Shown here in pieces: positions 1-7,619 of a stretch of DNA of 24,000 nucleotides (the stretch's first letter is position 1; each line of letters starts with the position of its first letter). The position numbers and the translations under genes were made by a program. The notes beneath the pieces are model-generated. The model had not been told where the DNA came from. It made no database searches and worked only from the letters and a program-made list of their open reading frames with translations. Source of the stretch: an uncultured Candidatus Saccharibacteria bacterium (GTDB taxonomy: Bacteria > Patescibacteriota > Saccharimonadia > Saccharimonadales > 2-12-FULL-41-12); assembly GCA_947085495.1 (NCBI GenBank), contig CAMTWJ010000002.1, positions 170,969 to 194,968 of the forward strand. Direction: 5' to 3'.

Positions 1-410
1 GCAACGTATGCAATGCCTGCTTTGGTGCTACCTTGTTTGCCTTGTCCGCCTTCTCGGGCGCAATCAAGTCGAATATGGTGTGGCAATACCAAGTGGGCTA
101 TATCGCTTACTAATAAATTTTTCGGACCTACGGAAATGCCGGCAGCTCTTGCTTCGGCAATCTCCCCTTGTAGACGACGAGGGTCAACATAGACACCGTT
201 CCCAATAACATTAACCTTGTCAGAGTATGCAATACCGGATGGAAGCTGGTGCAAGGCAATTGCCTCTGCGCCTTCCGGAACTACGGTATGGCCAGCATTA
301 GCTCCGCCATTTCCACGAGCTATTACTTCATAATTTTTTGCCGCAAGGTCGACAAATCGGCCTTTGCCTTCGTCGCCTCGCTGCAAACCTACTATTACAT
401 CTACAGACAT
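1..410 (-). CDS. purA: Adenylosuccinate synthetase, N-terminal part (gene continues past the left window edge)
   Basis: Absent from the ORF track because it has no stop in the window. Reverse-strand translation from the ATG (rc of 408-410) reads MSVDVIVGLQRGDEGKGRFVDLAAKNYEVIARGNGGANAGHTVVPEG... The GDEGKG P-loop and GG.NAGHT motif are the PurA N-terminal signatures. Confidence 0.85.
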   Translation of the reverse strand, partial: MSVDVIVGLQRGDEGKGRFVDLAAKNYEVIARGNGGANAGHTVVPEGAEAIALHQLPSGIAYSDKVNVIGNGVYVDPRRLQGEIAEARAAGISVGPKNLLVSDIAHLVLPHHIRLDCAREGGQGKQGSTKAGIAYV

Positions 411-471
411 TACTGAGGTAAAGCATAATCTACCTCTGTTAAATATGCAAGCGTAAGCGGCTAAAAAACTT

Positions 472-480
472 TGCTATAAT
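472..480 (+). promoter_or_regulatory. Extended -10 promoter element (TGCTATAAT) 6 nt upstream of the VIT-family start codon
   Basis: TGCTATAAT at 472-480 matches the TGnTATAAT extended -10 consensus. It is followed by agcggg and then ATG at 487, and no Shine-Dalgarno fits in that gap. This implies a leaderless or near-leaderless transcript. Confidence 0.5.
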
Positions 481-486
481 AGCGGG

Positions 487-1206
487 ATGACAAAACATAT
501 TGCAGATCTCGTGGTGCCTTTTGATGATCTGCACGAAGAAGAACACAAATCACATCGATCTCAATGGCTCCGTGCCGCAGTGCTTGGCGTAAACGATGGC
601 GTAGTCTCGACCGCCGGTATTATGGTGGGTGTTGCCACAGCGACTGCCACGCAAAGTACGATTTTAACTGCTGGTATTGCAGGTTTGGTGGCTGGTGCTC
701 TATCGATGGCCGCCGGCGAATATGTATCGGTAAGCTCTCAGCGTGACAGTGAAGAGGCAGATATTGCTATCGAAAAGAAATCGATTGCAAAAAATCCAGA
801 AGCCGAAAAGGCAGAACTTGCTTCGATTTATGTAGAAAGAGGGCTCACACCTAGTCTGGCTACAAAGGTTGCACAGCAGTTACATGAGCATGATGCTGTG
901 GCTGCCCACGCTCGAGACGAGCTAGGCATCGACGAAGATGGCATGGCAAACCCATGGCAAGCAGCTATTGCTTCGGCTACGGCATTTACGTTTGGCGCTA
1001 TTTGGCCAATTATAGCTTCCCTTGCCTGGCACAATCCTTGGGGTATTGTCATCGCAGCTATGGTAACTCTCGCTATTTCAGGCGCCATTGGCGCATTTAT
1101 TGGTGGAGGCAACAGATGGTGGGCTGCTATTCGGGTGTTGATTGGCGGCGGTTTAGCAATGCTAATCACAGCCGTTATTGGGCACTTTGTCGGCACAGCC
1201 CTCTAG
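487..1206 (+). CDS. VIT1/CCC1-family iron/manganese transporter (VIT family membrane protein)
   Basis: 239-aa ORF. The motif LRAAVLGVNDGVVSTAGIMVGVA, a glycine/alanine-rich TM region, and a C-terminal hydrophobic half are typical of VIT (DUF125) family proteins. Confidence 0.8.
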   Translation: MTKHIADLVVPFDDLHEEEHKSHRSQWLRAAVLGVNDGVVSTAGIMVGVATATATQSTILTAGIAGLVAGALSMAAGEYVSVSSQRDSEEADIAIEKKSIAKNPEAEKAELASIYVERGLTPSLATKVAQQLHEHDAVAAHARDELGIDEDGMANPWQAAIASATAFTFGAIWPIIASLAWHNPWGIVIAAMVTLAISGAIGAFIGGGNRWWAAIRVLIGGGLAMLITAVIGHFVGTAL

Positions 1207-1246
1207 CAGATCTGGCTAGGTTTCCCGCTTATGATATGATTTAGGC

Positions 1247-1738
1247 ATGACAATAAACCTATACGAAGACAAAGCAAAACTATACACATTTCTGTCAAAG
1301 CACAATATTGGTGTTCTATCTACAGCCACCAAAGATGGCCAGCCCCATGCAGCCACGATTTATTTTATAATCGACCCAGACTTAAATGTTTACTTTATAA
1401 CCAAAGAAAAGACCGCAAAGTCTAGAAATCTAGCCGAGAATCCTCAAGCAGCATTGGCGGTATTCGAGGCCCAAACCCAAACCACTGCACAGATTAGCGG
1501 AGATGTCATAGAGGTTAAAAGTGTTTCTCGCCTAGACGAAGTCTTCCGTAAAATACTTGCTATTACAGCAAAAACCAGCGAGAGTACCATACCACCTGTT
1601 TCAAAGCTCCAAAGCGGAGGTTACAGATGCTTTAGCTTGCAGCCAAAGGTCGTACGCTTAGCCGAGTATCTCAAGCCCGAGCATCACGAGCTCGATGGTT
1701 TATTCGAAACAGTTGTTCGTCCAGATAGCGAGCTTTAG
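1247..1738 (+). CDS. Pyridoxamine 5'-phosphate oxidase-like FMN-binding split-barrel family protein
   Basis: 163-aa ORF. The N-terminal pattern (HNIGVLSTATKDGQPHAATIYFIIDPDLNVYFITKEKTAKSRNLAENPQAALAV) is typical of PNPOx-like general stress proteins. TATGAT at 1235-1240 lies 6 nt before the ATG. Confidence 0.65.
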   Translation: MTINLYEDKAKLYTFLSKHNIGVLSTATKDGQPHAATIYFIIDPDLNVYFITKEKTAKSRNLAENPQAALAVFEAQTQTTAQISGDVIEVKSVSRLDEVFRKILAITAKTSESTIPPVSKLQSGGYRCFSLQPKVVRLAEYLKPEHHELDGLFETVVRPDSEL

Positions 1739-1741
1739 GCT

Positions 1742-2140
1742 ATGAGCATGAATAAAGATATCCAGTCATACAACAATACTCAAGCACCAGAAGATAAAGA
1801 AATCTGCGAACTTCTTGCTAGTGAGATCATGAAGGAGCTACCAGACGCAGAAAATAAAGTGTGGCATGCTCATCCAGTATGGTTTATAGACGGTAATCCG
1901 ATCGTTGGCTACAGTAAGCTCAAAGACGGTGTGCGCTTGATGTTTTGGAGCGGCGCAAGCTTTTCAGTGACTGGATTAACGCCAGGGACTGGCAAGTTCA
2001 AGGATGCTTCTGCTACCTACACTGCAGCTAGCCAAATTGATACAGACCAGCTAAGCAAATGGCTAAAAGAATCGGTTTCCGTGCAATGGGACTACAAAAA
2101 CATTGTTAAACGTAAGGGTAAACTCGAACGGATAAAATAG
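1742..2140 (+). CDS. DUF1801 (YdhG-like) domain protein
   Basis: 132-aa ORF starting 3 nt after the previous stop. The segment VWHAHPVWFIDGNPIVGYSKLKDGVRLMFWSG resembles the DUF1801/YdhG family core. Confidence 0.6.
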   Translation: MSMNKDIQSYNNTQAPEDKEICELLASEIMKELPDAENKVWHAHPVWFIDGNPIVGYSKLKDGVRLMFWSGASFSVTGLTPGTGKFKDASATYTAASQIDTDQLSKWLKESVSVQWDYKNIVKRKGKLERIK

Positions 2141-2141
2141 G

Positions 2142-2951
2142 ATGAAAGTACAAGACAAGGTTTTTGTAGTTACAGGCGCAGGCGGTGGTATCGGTAGCGA
2201 GTTGGTTCTTGAGCTTGTATCTCGTGGGGCAAAAGTGGCTGCTGTTGACCTAAAGCCAGAGGGTCTGCAGACACTCAAAGAAAAAGCTGGTGGGCATGCA
2301 GACAGTATTACAATTCATACTCTAGATATAACCGACAAAGATGCAGTCCTCGACTTCCCTGCATCTGTTATAAAAGCCCATGATACAGTCGACGGTGTTA
2401 TCAACTGCGCTGGCATCATCCAGCCCTTTGTACGAGTTAACGATCTCGATTACGCCGCTATCGACCGAGTTATGAATGTCAATTTTTACGGCACTCTCTA
2501 TATGACCAAAGCCTTCCTGCCTCATTTGCTAGAGCGGCCAGTGGCGTATATTGCGAACGTATCAAGCATGGGCGGCTTTTTGCCAGTGCCTGGGCAGAGT
2601 GTATACGGAGCATCAAAAGCGGCGGTAAAGCTTTTTACCGAGGGGCTGTATGCTGAGCTACTGGATACTTCTGTTCGTGTAAGTATTGTCTTCCCTGGCG
2701 CCACCAACACAAATATTACTAAAAATTCAAATGTAGACATGCCAAAAACCAATAGTGCTGATGCAGCAAAATTAGCTTCAAAAATGCTGTCTGGCGGCAA
2801 AGCAGCGCAGATTATTGTTAACGGTATCGAGAAGAACAAGCCCCAGATCTTTACTGGCAGCGACTCCAAGCTTATGAACCGGCTCTACCGCACAAACCCA
2901 GTATTTGCCATTAAATTTATTGCCAAACAGATGAAAGGATTACTCGGTTAG
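2142..2951 (+). CDS. Short-chain dehydrogenase/reductase (SDR family oxidoreductase)
   Basis: 269-aa ORF with the cofactor motif TGAGGGIGSEL (TGxxxGxG), NCAG, and the catalytic YGASKAAV (YxxxK). Confidence 0.9.
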   Translation: MKVQDKVFVVTGAGGGIGSELVLELVSRGAKVAAVDLKPEGLQTLKEKAGGHADSITIHTLDITDKDAVLDFPASVIKAHDTVDGVINCAGIIQPFVRVNDLDYAAIDRVMNVNFYGTLYMTKAFLPHLLERPVAYIANVSSMGGFLPVPGQSVYGASKAAVKLFTEGLYAELLDTSVRVSIVFPGATNTNITKNSNVDMPKTNSADAAKLASKMLSGGKAAQIIVNGIEKNKPQIFTGSDSKLMNRLYRTNPVFAIKFIAKQMKGLLG

Positions 2952-2980
2952 TTCTTGGGTGACAGGTGCGCTATTTTTGG

Positions 2981-3220
2981 CTATTCGAGGCCTTCTTCTT
3001 CGTGAAGGGCTTCTTCGACTCTTTTAGCTTCGGCAGGAGTTAGTGTTTTGTCTCTTAGCAGTGCTGCTACGACAAGAGCCAAGATAAAGGAAACGAGTAT
3101 TCCTAGCAATAAGAATAGTGCAAAGCTGTATCCTTTACGCTGTGCGATAAAAGCTGGCCACAATGCAAAGGATACCCATGCAATGACTCCCAAGATTATA
3201 AAAAACATAAGCACTCCCAT
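2981..3220 (-). CDS. Small two-TM membrane protein (hypothetical)
   Basis: 79-aa ORF with two clear hydrophobic helices and an acidic C-terminal tail. It is convergent with the SDR gene. No recognisable family. Confidence 0.5.
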   Translation of the reverse strand: MGVLMFFIILGVIAWVSFALWPAFIAQRKGYSFALFLLLGILVSFILALVVAALLRDKTLTPAEAKRVEEALHEEEGLE

Positions 3221-3281
3221 TAATTAAGCTTAATTGTAGTTCTCTGGTGCCAAAAAAGCCAGCTTGCGGTACTATAAAACT

Positions 3282-3596
3282 ATGAACAAAGCAGAAATTT
3301 CCGAAGGCGTAGTACACAAACTACCAGATGATCTAAAGAAAGCACTTGTTGCTAATCCAAAAGCACTAGCTGCCTGGGAGGCTATTACTCCCCTAGCTCG
3401 TAACGAGTGGATATGTTGGACGGTTACTGTCAAACAAGAAGCTACCAGAAAAGATCACGTCAAACGCACCGTCAAAGAGCTTACAGAGGGAAAGCGCCGT
3501 CCTTGTTGCTGGATGGGCTGCATCCACCGCACGGACAAGCCCATGAGCGCTACCCAAAAGTGGGTCCTCGAGAAGCAAAAATCCAAGACCAAGTAA
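3282..3596 (+). CDS. YdeI/OmpD-associated family protein
   Basis: The ORF track begins at a TTG (3264), but the ATG at 3282 (MNKAEISEG...) is the more likely start. The segment LKKALVANPKALAAWEAITPLARNEWICWTVTVKQEATRKDHVKRTVKEL matches the YdeI/OmpD-associated domain pattern. Confidence 0.6.
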   Translation: MNKAEISEGVVHKLPDDLKKALVANPKALAAWEAITPLARNEWICWTVTVKQEATRKDHVKRTVKELTEGKRRPCCWMGCIHRTDKPMSATQKWVLEKQKSKTK

Positions 3597-3600
3597 ACAG

Positions 3601-3843
3601 ATGGCCTTTAACCACTATGCAAAGATAAAACGCATTCTAGATGAGCAGCCAGGGGGCTGGGTGATCAAACGGATCGACGAGCCAACCAGCGCCAAAAACT
3701 TTAAGGGCGAAACAATAGAGTTCCCCCACTACTACCGTATCTACGATGCAAATGGTGCGCCTATAAAATACTGTAAGTTCCAGCAGATCGAACGCCTAGC
3801 TCAGGCTTTGAAGTTGCCTGTTGAAGCACTGCCTGTAGTCTGA
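3601..3843 (+). CDS. Hypothetical protein (80 aa)
   Basis: Intact ORF packed 4 nt after the previous stop, with no competing ORF. No family recognised. Confidence 0.4.
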   Translation: MAFNHYAKIKRILDEQPGGWVIKRIDEPTSAKNFKGETIEFPHYYRIYDANGAPIKYCKFQQIERLAQALKLPVEALPVV

Positions 3844-3879
3844 TCTACAGACGGAGCACCTGGTATAATTGGGTTTATT

Positions 3880-4344
3880 ATGAAGACAACAAAGGAACGG
3901 TTTAAGCTAATCCCGGCGGTATACCTGGTGTTGCGGCAAGATAATAAGGTGCTGCTACTCCGACGAGCGAATACCGGCTATCAAGATGGTAAGTATGGAC
4001 TAGTTGCTGGGCACCTTGATGGGGATGAGCTTGGTACTGTAGCTATGGTTCGTGAGGCAAAAGAGGAAGCTGGCATAGATGTTGACCCAACCAAGTTGAA
4101 ATTTGTTCATGTTGCTCACCGATTAAGTCGTGATCAGATTGGCCAGGAGAGGATTGACCTATTTTATGAATTAAGGGAGTGGCAGGGCCAAATACAAAAT
4201 GCTGAACCTGAAAAATGTGATGACCTAACCTGGTTTGACATTAACGATCTTCCAAGCAATACATTGCCTTTTGTGAGACACGTGTTGGAAGATATAGCCA
4301 ACAACATAAGTTACTCTGAGTATCTAATCGAACCTAAGCTCTAA
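3880..4344 (+). CDS. NUDIX hydrolase
   Basis: 154-aa ORF with a complete Nudix box, GHLDGDELGTVAMVREAKEEAGI (Gx5Ex7REUxEExGU). TGGTATAAT (3861-3869) lies 10 nt upstream of the ATG. Confidence 0.85.
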   Translation: MKTTKERFKLIPAVYLVLRQDNKVLLLRRANTGYQDGKYGLVAGHLDGDELGTVAMVREAKEEAGIDVDPTKLKFVHVAHRLSRDQIGQERIDLFYELREWQGQIQNAEPEKCDDLTWFDINDLPSNTLPFVRHVLEDIANNISYSEYLIEPKL

Positions 4345-4348
4345 ATAA

Positions 4349-4381
4349 AACAGAGCGCTACTATTAACGCTCTGCTCTGTT
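4349..4381. terminator. Hairpin between convergent genes (possible bidirectional terminator)
   Basis: aacagagcgc-tactattaa-cgctctg...ctctgtt. CAGAGCG (4351-4357) pairs with CGCTCTG (4368-4374), and AACAGAGC can alternatively pair with GCTCTGTT. It lies between the NUDIX stop (4344) and the minus-strand small ORF stop (4395). Confidence 0.45.
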
Positions 4382-4394
4382 ATTGCTGGTTGCT

Positions 4395-4553
4395 CTAGAT
4401 CTGAGCAATAATCCATACTGCGCCGGCTACAGCGAGTATGAAAAGACCGAGCCCAACGGGTGAACCCCAGCTGAACCATGATCCCCACGAACGCCAGTGT
4501 TTATGGGTCCGCTCGTACCAGTCCGTTTCATCTTGTTTTGTCAGTTTTGACAT
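4395..4553 (-). CDS. Small membrane protein (52 aa, hypothetical)
   Basis: Below the ORF-track size cutoff. The reverse strand reads taaataAGGAGtcatctATG, a good SD with 7-nt spacing. Translation is MSKLTKQDETDWYERTHKHWRSWGSWFSWGSPVGLGLFILAVAGAVWIIAQI*, with one C-terminal TM helix. Confidence 0.5.
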   Translation of the reverse strand: MSKLTKQDETDWYERTHKHWRSWGSWFSWGSPVGLGLFILAVAGAVWIIAQI

Positions 4554-4672
4554 AGATGACTCCTTATTTAGCTAATAGTGAGCCTCTTCGGTATGTCTGC
4601 CAGTAAATAGTTGTTCTCGGTGAGGCCAAGAGCTATTCGTGCGTCTGGACTTATTAACGGAGTAATTATAGC

Positions 4673-4702
4673 AAAACAAAAACACCCCACAAAAGTGGAG
4701 TG
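4673..4702 (-). terminator. Rho-independent terminator closing the tRNA-Asn / tRNA-like transcription unit
   Basis: The reverse strand reads CACTCCAC-TTTT-GTGGGGTG followed by TTTTTGTTTT. This is an 8-bp stem (one G-U pair) plus a U-tract. Confidence 0.7.
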
Positions 4703-4710
4703 CCTTTGTA

Positions 4711-4835
4711 TGGCTCCGGGGAGAGGGTAAACGCACGTTAATCTGTGCGCCGAGAAAACTCGGGCAACAGACTATCGATCGAACCTCCGACTATCGTCAG
4801 CTAAAGCTGTCGAGTCGGAGAACCAGAACCCTCCC
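4711..4835 (-). other. tRNA-Asn-derived 3'-half copy with a 50-nt insertion in the T-loop (tRNA-like structured element or att-site scar)
   Basis: Plus-strand 4711-4728 is identical to 4881-4898 (18 nt: acceptor 3' strand, CCA and T-stem 3' half). Plus-strand 4779-4791 is identical to 4899-4911 (13 nt: T-stem 5' half and TTCGA). In the real tRNA these 31 nt are contiguous; here they are split by 4729-4778. No matching 5' acceptor strand, D arm or anticodon arm is present. A palindromic hairpin at 4785-4820 sequesters the T-stem copy. The element is bracketed by two terminators. Confidence 0.5.
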
Positions 4836-4880
4836 AAAAAGAAATAGGTCGGGTGACAACTAAAGTTATCTTCCGACCTA
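4836..4880 (-). terminator. Terminator-like hairpin immediately 3' of tRNA-Asn
   Basis: The reverse strand reads TAGGTCGG-(20-nt loop)-CCGACCTA followed by TTTCTTTTT. Confidence 0.5.
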
Positions 4881-4955
4881 TGGCTCCGGGGAGAGGGTTC
4901 GAACCTCCGACCTGGTGATTAACAGTCACTCGCTCTACCACTGAGCTACCCCGGA
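4881..4955 (-). tRNA. tRNA-Asn (anticodon GUU), CCA encoded
   Basis: The reverse strand reads TCCGGGGTAGCTCAGTGGTAGAGCGAGTGACTGTTAATCACCAGGTCGGAGGTTCGAACCCTCTCCCCGGAGCCA. It folds as a cloverleaf: 7-bp acceptor, GCTC/GAGC D stem, anticodon loop CTGTTAA, T arm GGAGG-TTCGAAC-CCTCT, and discriminator G73. Confidence 0.95.
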
Positions 4956-5068
4956 TTATATGAGACAAACCTACGGTTTTTCTCATCGTGCCAGGCGCAA
5001 AATAAATTTGACGCTTGGACTGCTCTTTTCCCTTTCTTTCTAGTGCCAGGAAGAGAGTCGACCACAGT

Positions 5069-5098
5069 ATTCTAAACGATTGCCCCTGTATCTGTAAA
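5069..5098 (-). promoter_or_regulatory. Candidate sigma70-type promoter for the tRNA-Asn unit
   Basis: The reverse strand reads TTTACA (5098-5093), an 18-nt spacer, then TAGAAT (5074-5069). It starts directly after the smpB stop codon. Confidence 0.35.
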
Positions 5099-5100
5099 TA

Positions 5101-5562
5101 CTAGCGGTTCTTCAGCTCTCGCTGGTTAGCCCTGTCTTGGTCACGTTTTTGTATCACATCTCGCTTGTCGTAGCGCTTTTTGCCTGTTCCAACTGCCAAA
5201 CGGAGCTTTATATATCGGCTGCCTGTCAAAAGCTCTACTGGCACCAGGCTTTTACCCTGTTTTTTAGCTTCAATGAGACTAGCCAGCTCTCGCTTTTTAA
5301 CCAGCAGTTTACGGTCTTGCACCTGCTCTGCCTCAGTAAGGGTCACGCCGTTAAAGCCGGTAATGGTGGCATTCACTAGCCACAGTTCATCATTGCGGAT
5401 AATTACATATGAACCACGCAAGTGCCCATGGCCAAGCCGTAACGCCTTGGTTTCACGACCATTCAAAGAAATTCCAGCCACGAGGTCATCACCCAGCTGG
5501 TAGTCAAAACTAGCTCGGCGATTGGTGATCTTTTTGGTAGTCGGCTTTTGCTTCTTTGCCAT
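5101..5562 (-). CDS. smpB: SsrA-binding protein SmpB
   Basis: 153-aa ORF. The segment NRRASFDYQLGDDLVAGISLNGRETKALRLGHGHLRGSYVIIRNDELWLVNATI and the basic C-terminal tail are typical of SmpB. Confidence 0.93.
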   Translation of the reverse strand: MAKKQKPTTKKITNRRASFDYQLGDDLVAGISLNGRETKALRLGHGHLRGSYVIIRNDELWLVNATITGFNGVTLTEAEQVQDRKLLVKKRELASLIEAKKQGKSLVPVELLTGSRYIKLRLAVGTGKKRYDKRDVIQKRDQDRANQRELKNR

Positions 5563-5616
5563 AAGGGTTAATTATGTAGTATATTGCCAAAAATTACAAT
5601 ATGTTACGAAATATGT

Positions 5617-6744
5617 TTATTGAGAATGTGAACTCTTTGCAACTTCTTCTCTGGCTACGTTCCAGAGGCTTGGGTCGTTGGCTTTGACTTTACGCCAATA
5701 CCACCACTCGACACCCCAGGTGTCCATGGTGCGAAGGCCAGTCTCTCGTCCGTATTCAAAGCGTTCTTTTAGGCGTTCGGCATTCATAGATTTATTTTGC
5801 TCAGGAATGTCAGAAATTTTATTAATCTCATATCCTTCTGGCATCCAAGGCTCCATCTGAAGCTCGTGAATGATCAGCGGCTTGCCCTGTGCCAACTCAC
5901 CTGCTCCGGCCAATGTGGAGTAGAACCAAGGCGGATACGGGTATTCAAAATAGCGATGCGTTACCGAATAGTCGTAGACTCTTTTGTACACAGCAACGCC
6001 ATACACATCGGGGGTTGGTTTGCCGACTGGCCACCCGCCCCAGTTATTGCTACGAGTAACAACGATTGGTTTACTTGGGTCGAGTTTGCGCACTAGCTCA
6101 GTTTCCTCAACCAAACGTTCTCGGTCAAAGTCTGTGCACTTGCCAAACACTTTCATAAAGAATTCGTTTTCTACCTGATAGCTCACAAGAGCTGGGCTGT
6201 CTTTGTACCGCTCAACCACAGCAGTCATGAACTTCTTAAGCTGAGGGTACCACACATCTTTAGGCTCTTTTTGAGCCCAAGCTGGTTCGTGGCACTCTGG
6301 CCAGCGAGGTTGGCGAAGACCTACGGCCAAGTTCACTGTTGCTCCCGCTTCCTCGGCCATCTTAAATTGCCAGTCTAGGTCGCTAAAATCATACGTGCCT
6401 GGCGTTGCTTCTATTTCTTTCCAGTAGCTCACTAGGCGCAAACGCTTAATCTGTAAGTCGTACAAGGTAGCGTGCAGCGTGTCTTTGGGATCTAGGCCAA
6501 AGTAGCGAGCATACCTAGGAATAAAAGTGGTGCCAACCTGATGAGGTTCGCTGGCGTGTTTTTGCTGATACCAATAGGCAAGGCCGTAGCTGCCACTAAA
6601 GACACAAGTAACTAACAAAATAACGAAGATCACTATTCGTTCGTACCAGTCTCGCTTTTTCCAAAGCACGCCGGTTATCTTGGATATTGGGCCAGATTTT
6701 GCCTTTGGCCGCTTTCTTAGAGCTGTTTTTTTCTTCTTTGGCAT
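5617..6744 (-). CDS. Membrane-anchored glycoside hydrolase, clan GH-A (GH35/GH42 beta-galactosidase-like)
   Basis: I prefer the start at MPKKKK (ATG, rc of 6742-6744), giving 375 aa. The track's longer ORF would overlap the divergent GT2 gene. Features are a basic N-terminus plus one TM helix, then PGTYDFSDLDWQFKMAEEAGATVNLAVGLRQPRWPECHEPAWA and the catalytic-acid motif YQVENEFF (compare QVENEYG in GH35). Confidence 0.6.
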   Translation of the reverse strand: MPKKKKTALRKRPKAKSGPISKITGVLWKKRDWYERIVIFVILLVTCVFSGSYGLAYWYQQKHASEPHQVGTTFIPRYARYFGLDPKDTLHATLYDLQIKRLRLVSYWKEIEATPGTYDFSDLDWQFKMAEEAGATVNLAVGLRQPRWPECHEPAWAQKEPKDVWYPQLKKFMTAVVERYKDSPALVSYQVENEFFMKVFGKCTDFDRERLVEETELVRKLDPSKPIVVTRSNNWGGWPVGKPTPDVYGVAVYKRVYDYSVTHRYFEYPYPPWFYSTLAGAGELAQGKPLIIHELQMEPWMPEGYEINKISDIPEQNKSMNAERLKERFEYGRETGLRTMDTWGVEWWYWRKVKANDPSLWNVAREEVAKSSHSQ

Positions 6745-6771
6745 TCTGTTATGATTTAGGGAACTTATCTT

Positions 6772-7614
6772 ATGGGAAAACTGCTTACGCTTTCGATTAT
6801 CATACCAGCTTACAACGAAGAAAACCATCTTAGAGCATGCCTCGACGCCATAGCCGTACAAACAGAAAAACCCCTAGAAGTTATTGTGGTAGACAACAAT
6901 TCTACCGACAAAACAGTAGAAATTGCCAAAAGCTATAAGTTTGTAACCTTGATCCACGAAAAAAACCAAGGGTTAATCCCCTCTCGCAACAGAGGTTTTG
7001 ATGCTGCGAAGGGTGATCTGCTAGCTCGGCTCGATGCCGACTCGGTAATTGCACCCAACTGGGTCGAAGAGGCCTTAAGCCAAATGTCTCAGCCAGATGT
7101 AGTGGCCATAACCGGCCCTGGCAAAACCTATGTGTTGAGCAATCTTATCCCTTGGCACTCTGCCTTTTGGTCTCGGCTGTATTTTTGGCACATGTACTCC
7201 GTACTAGGCTTTCAGGTGCTTTGGGGCCCAAACATGGTCATCGCTAAGGATATGTGGCAAAAAGTTAAGGGGCAGGCCTCTACGGACGACACAGAGGTGC
7301 ATGAGGACCAAGATCTTTCTATTCTCATCCGAGCAGCTGGCCATTCGGTTAAATACGATAAAAATCTGGTTATTACCACAGATGGCGAGCGCTTGGCTTA
7401 TTTGCCCAAGGCAATTGAGTACGAAGGCCGCAAACACAAAACTATTCGGCGCCACAAAGAGCTCGGCACACTAGAACTAGCCAAAGCAGGCTCACTAAAC
7501 TCTGCTGTTGGCTGGCTGTTATTCATGGTCCTACTGCCGTTTGGTTTTTTGTATTTTGTGGTGGCCGCTATCTATAGCCTAGAGAAGCTCATCGGCCTCA
7601 AGCCGATCGAATAG
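6772..7614 (+). CDS. Glycosyltransferase family 2 with C-terminal TM helix
   Basis: 280-aa ORF. The motifs LSIIIPAYNEENHLRACLDAIAVQT and VIVVDNNSTDKT, and the RLDADS (DxD-like) motif, match the GT2 signature. The C-terminus is hydrophobic. Confidence 0.85.
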   Translation: MGKLLTLSIIIPAYNEENHLRACLDAIAVQTEKPLEVIVVDNNSTDKTVEIAKSYKFVTLIHEKNQGLIPSRNRGFDAAKGDLLARLDADSVIAPNWVEEALSQMSQPDVVAITGPGKTYVLSNLIPWHSAFWSRLYFWHMYSVLGFQVLWGPNMVIAKDMWQKVKGQASTDDTEVHEDQDLSILIRAAGHSVKYDKNLVITTDGERLAYLPKAIEYEGRKHKTIRRHKELGTLELAKAGSLNSAVGWLLFMVLLPFGFLYFVVAAIYSLEKLIGLKPIE

Positions 7615-7619
7615 CTTAA

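Noticed and set aside
4801-4986. 61-aa ORF on the minus strand from the ORF track
   Set aside because: It reads straight through tRNA-Asn and its terminator hairpin, so it is an artefact of an RNA gene region.
4650-5100. tmRNA (ssrA) directly downstream of smpB
   Set aside because: The only two CCA-ending acceptor/T-arm structures belong to tRNA-Asn and its 3'-half copy. Both have C3-G70 and G73 rather than G3-U70 and A73. No 5' strand complementary to a tmRNA-type acceptor was found, and no plausible alanine-rich tag ORF. This cannot be excluded without a covariance-model search.
6745-6861. N-terminal 39-aa extension of the glycosidase ORF (track start at 6861)
   Set aside because: The extension overlaps the divergent GT2 gene by 90 nt and encodes an atypical sequence. 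The internal MPKKKK start, followed by a TM anchor, gives a clean 27-nt divergent intergenic region.
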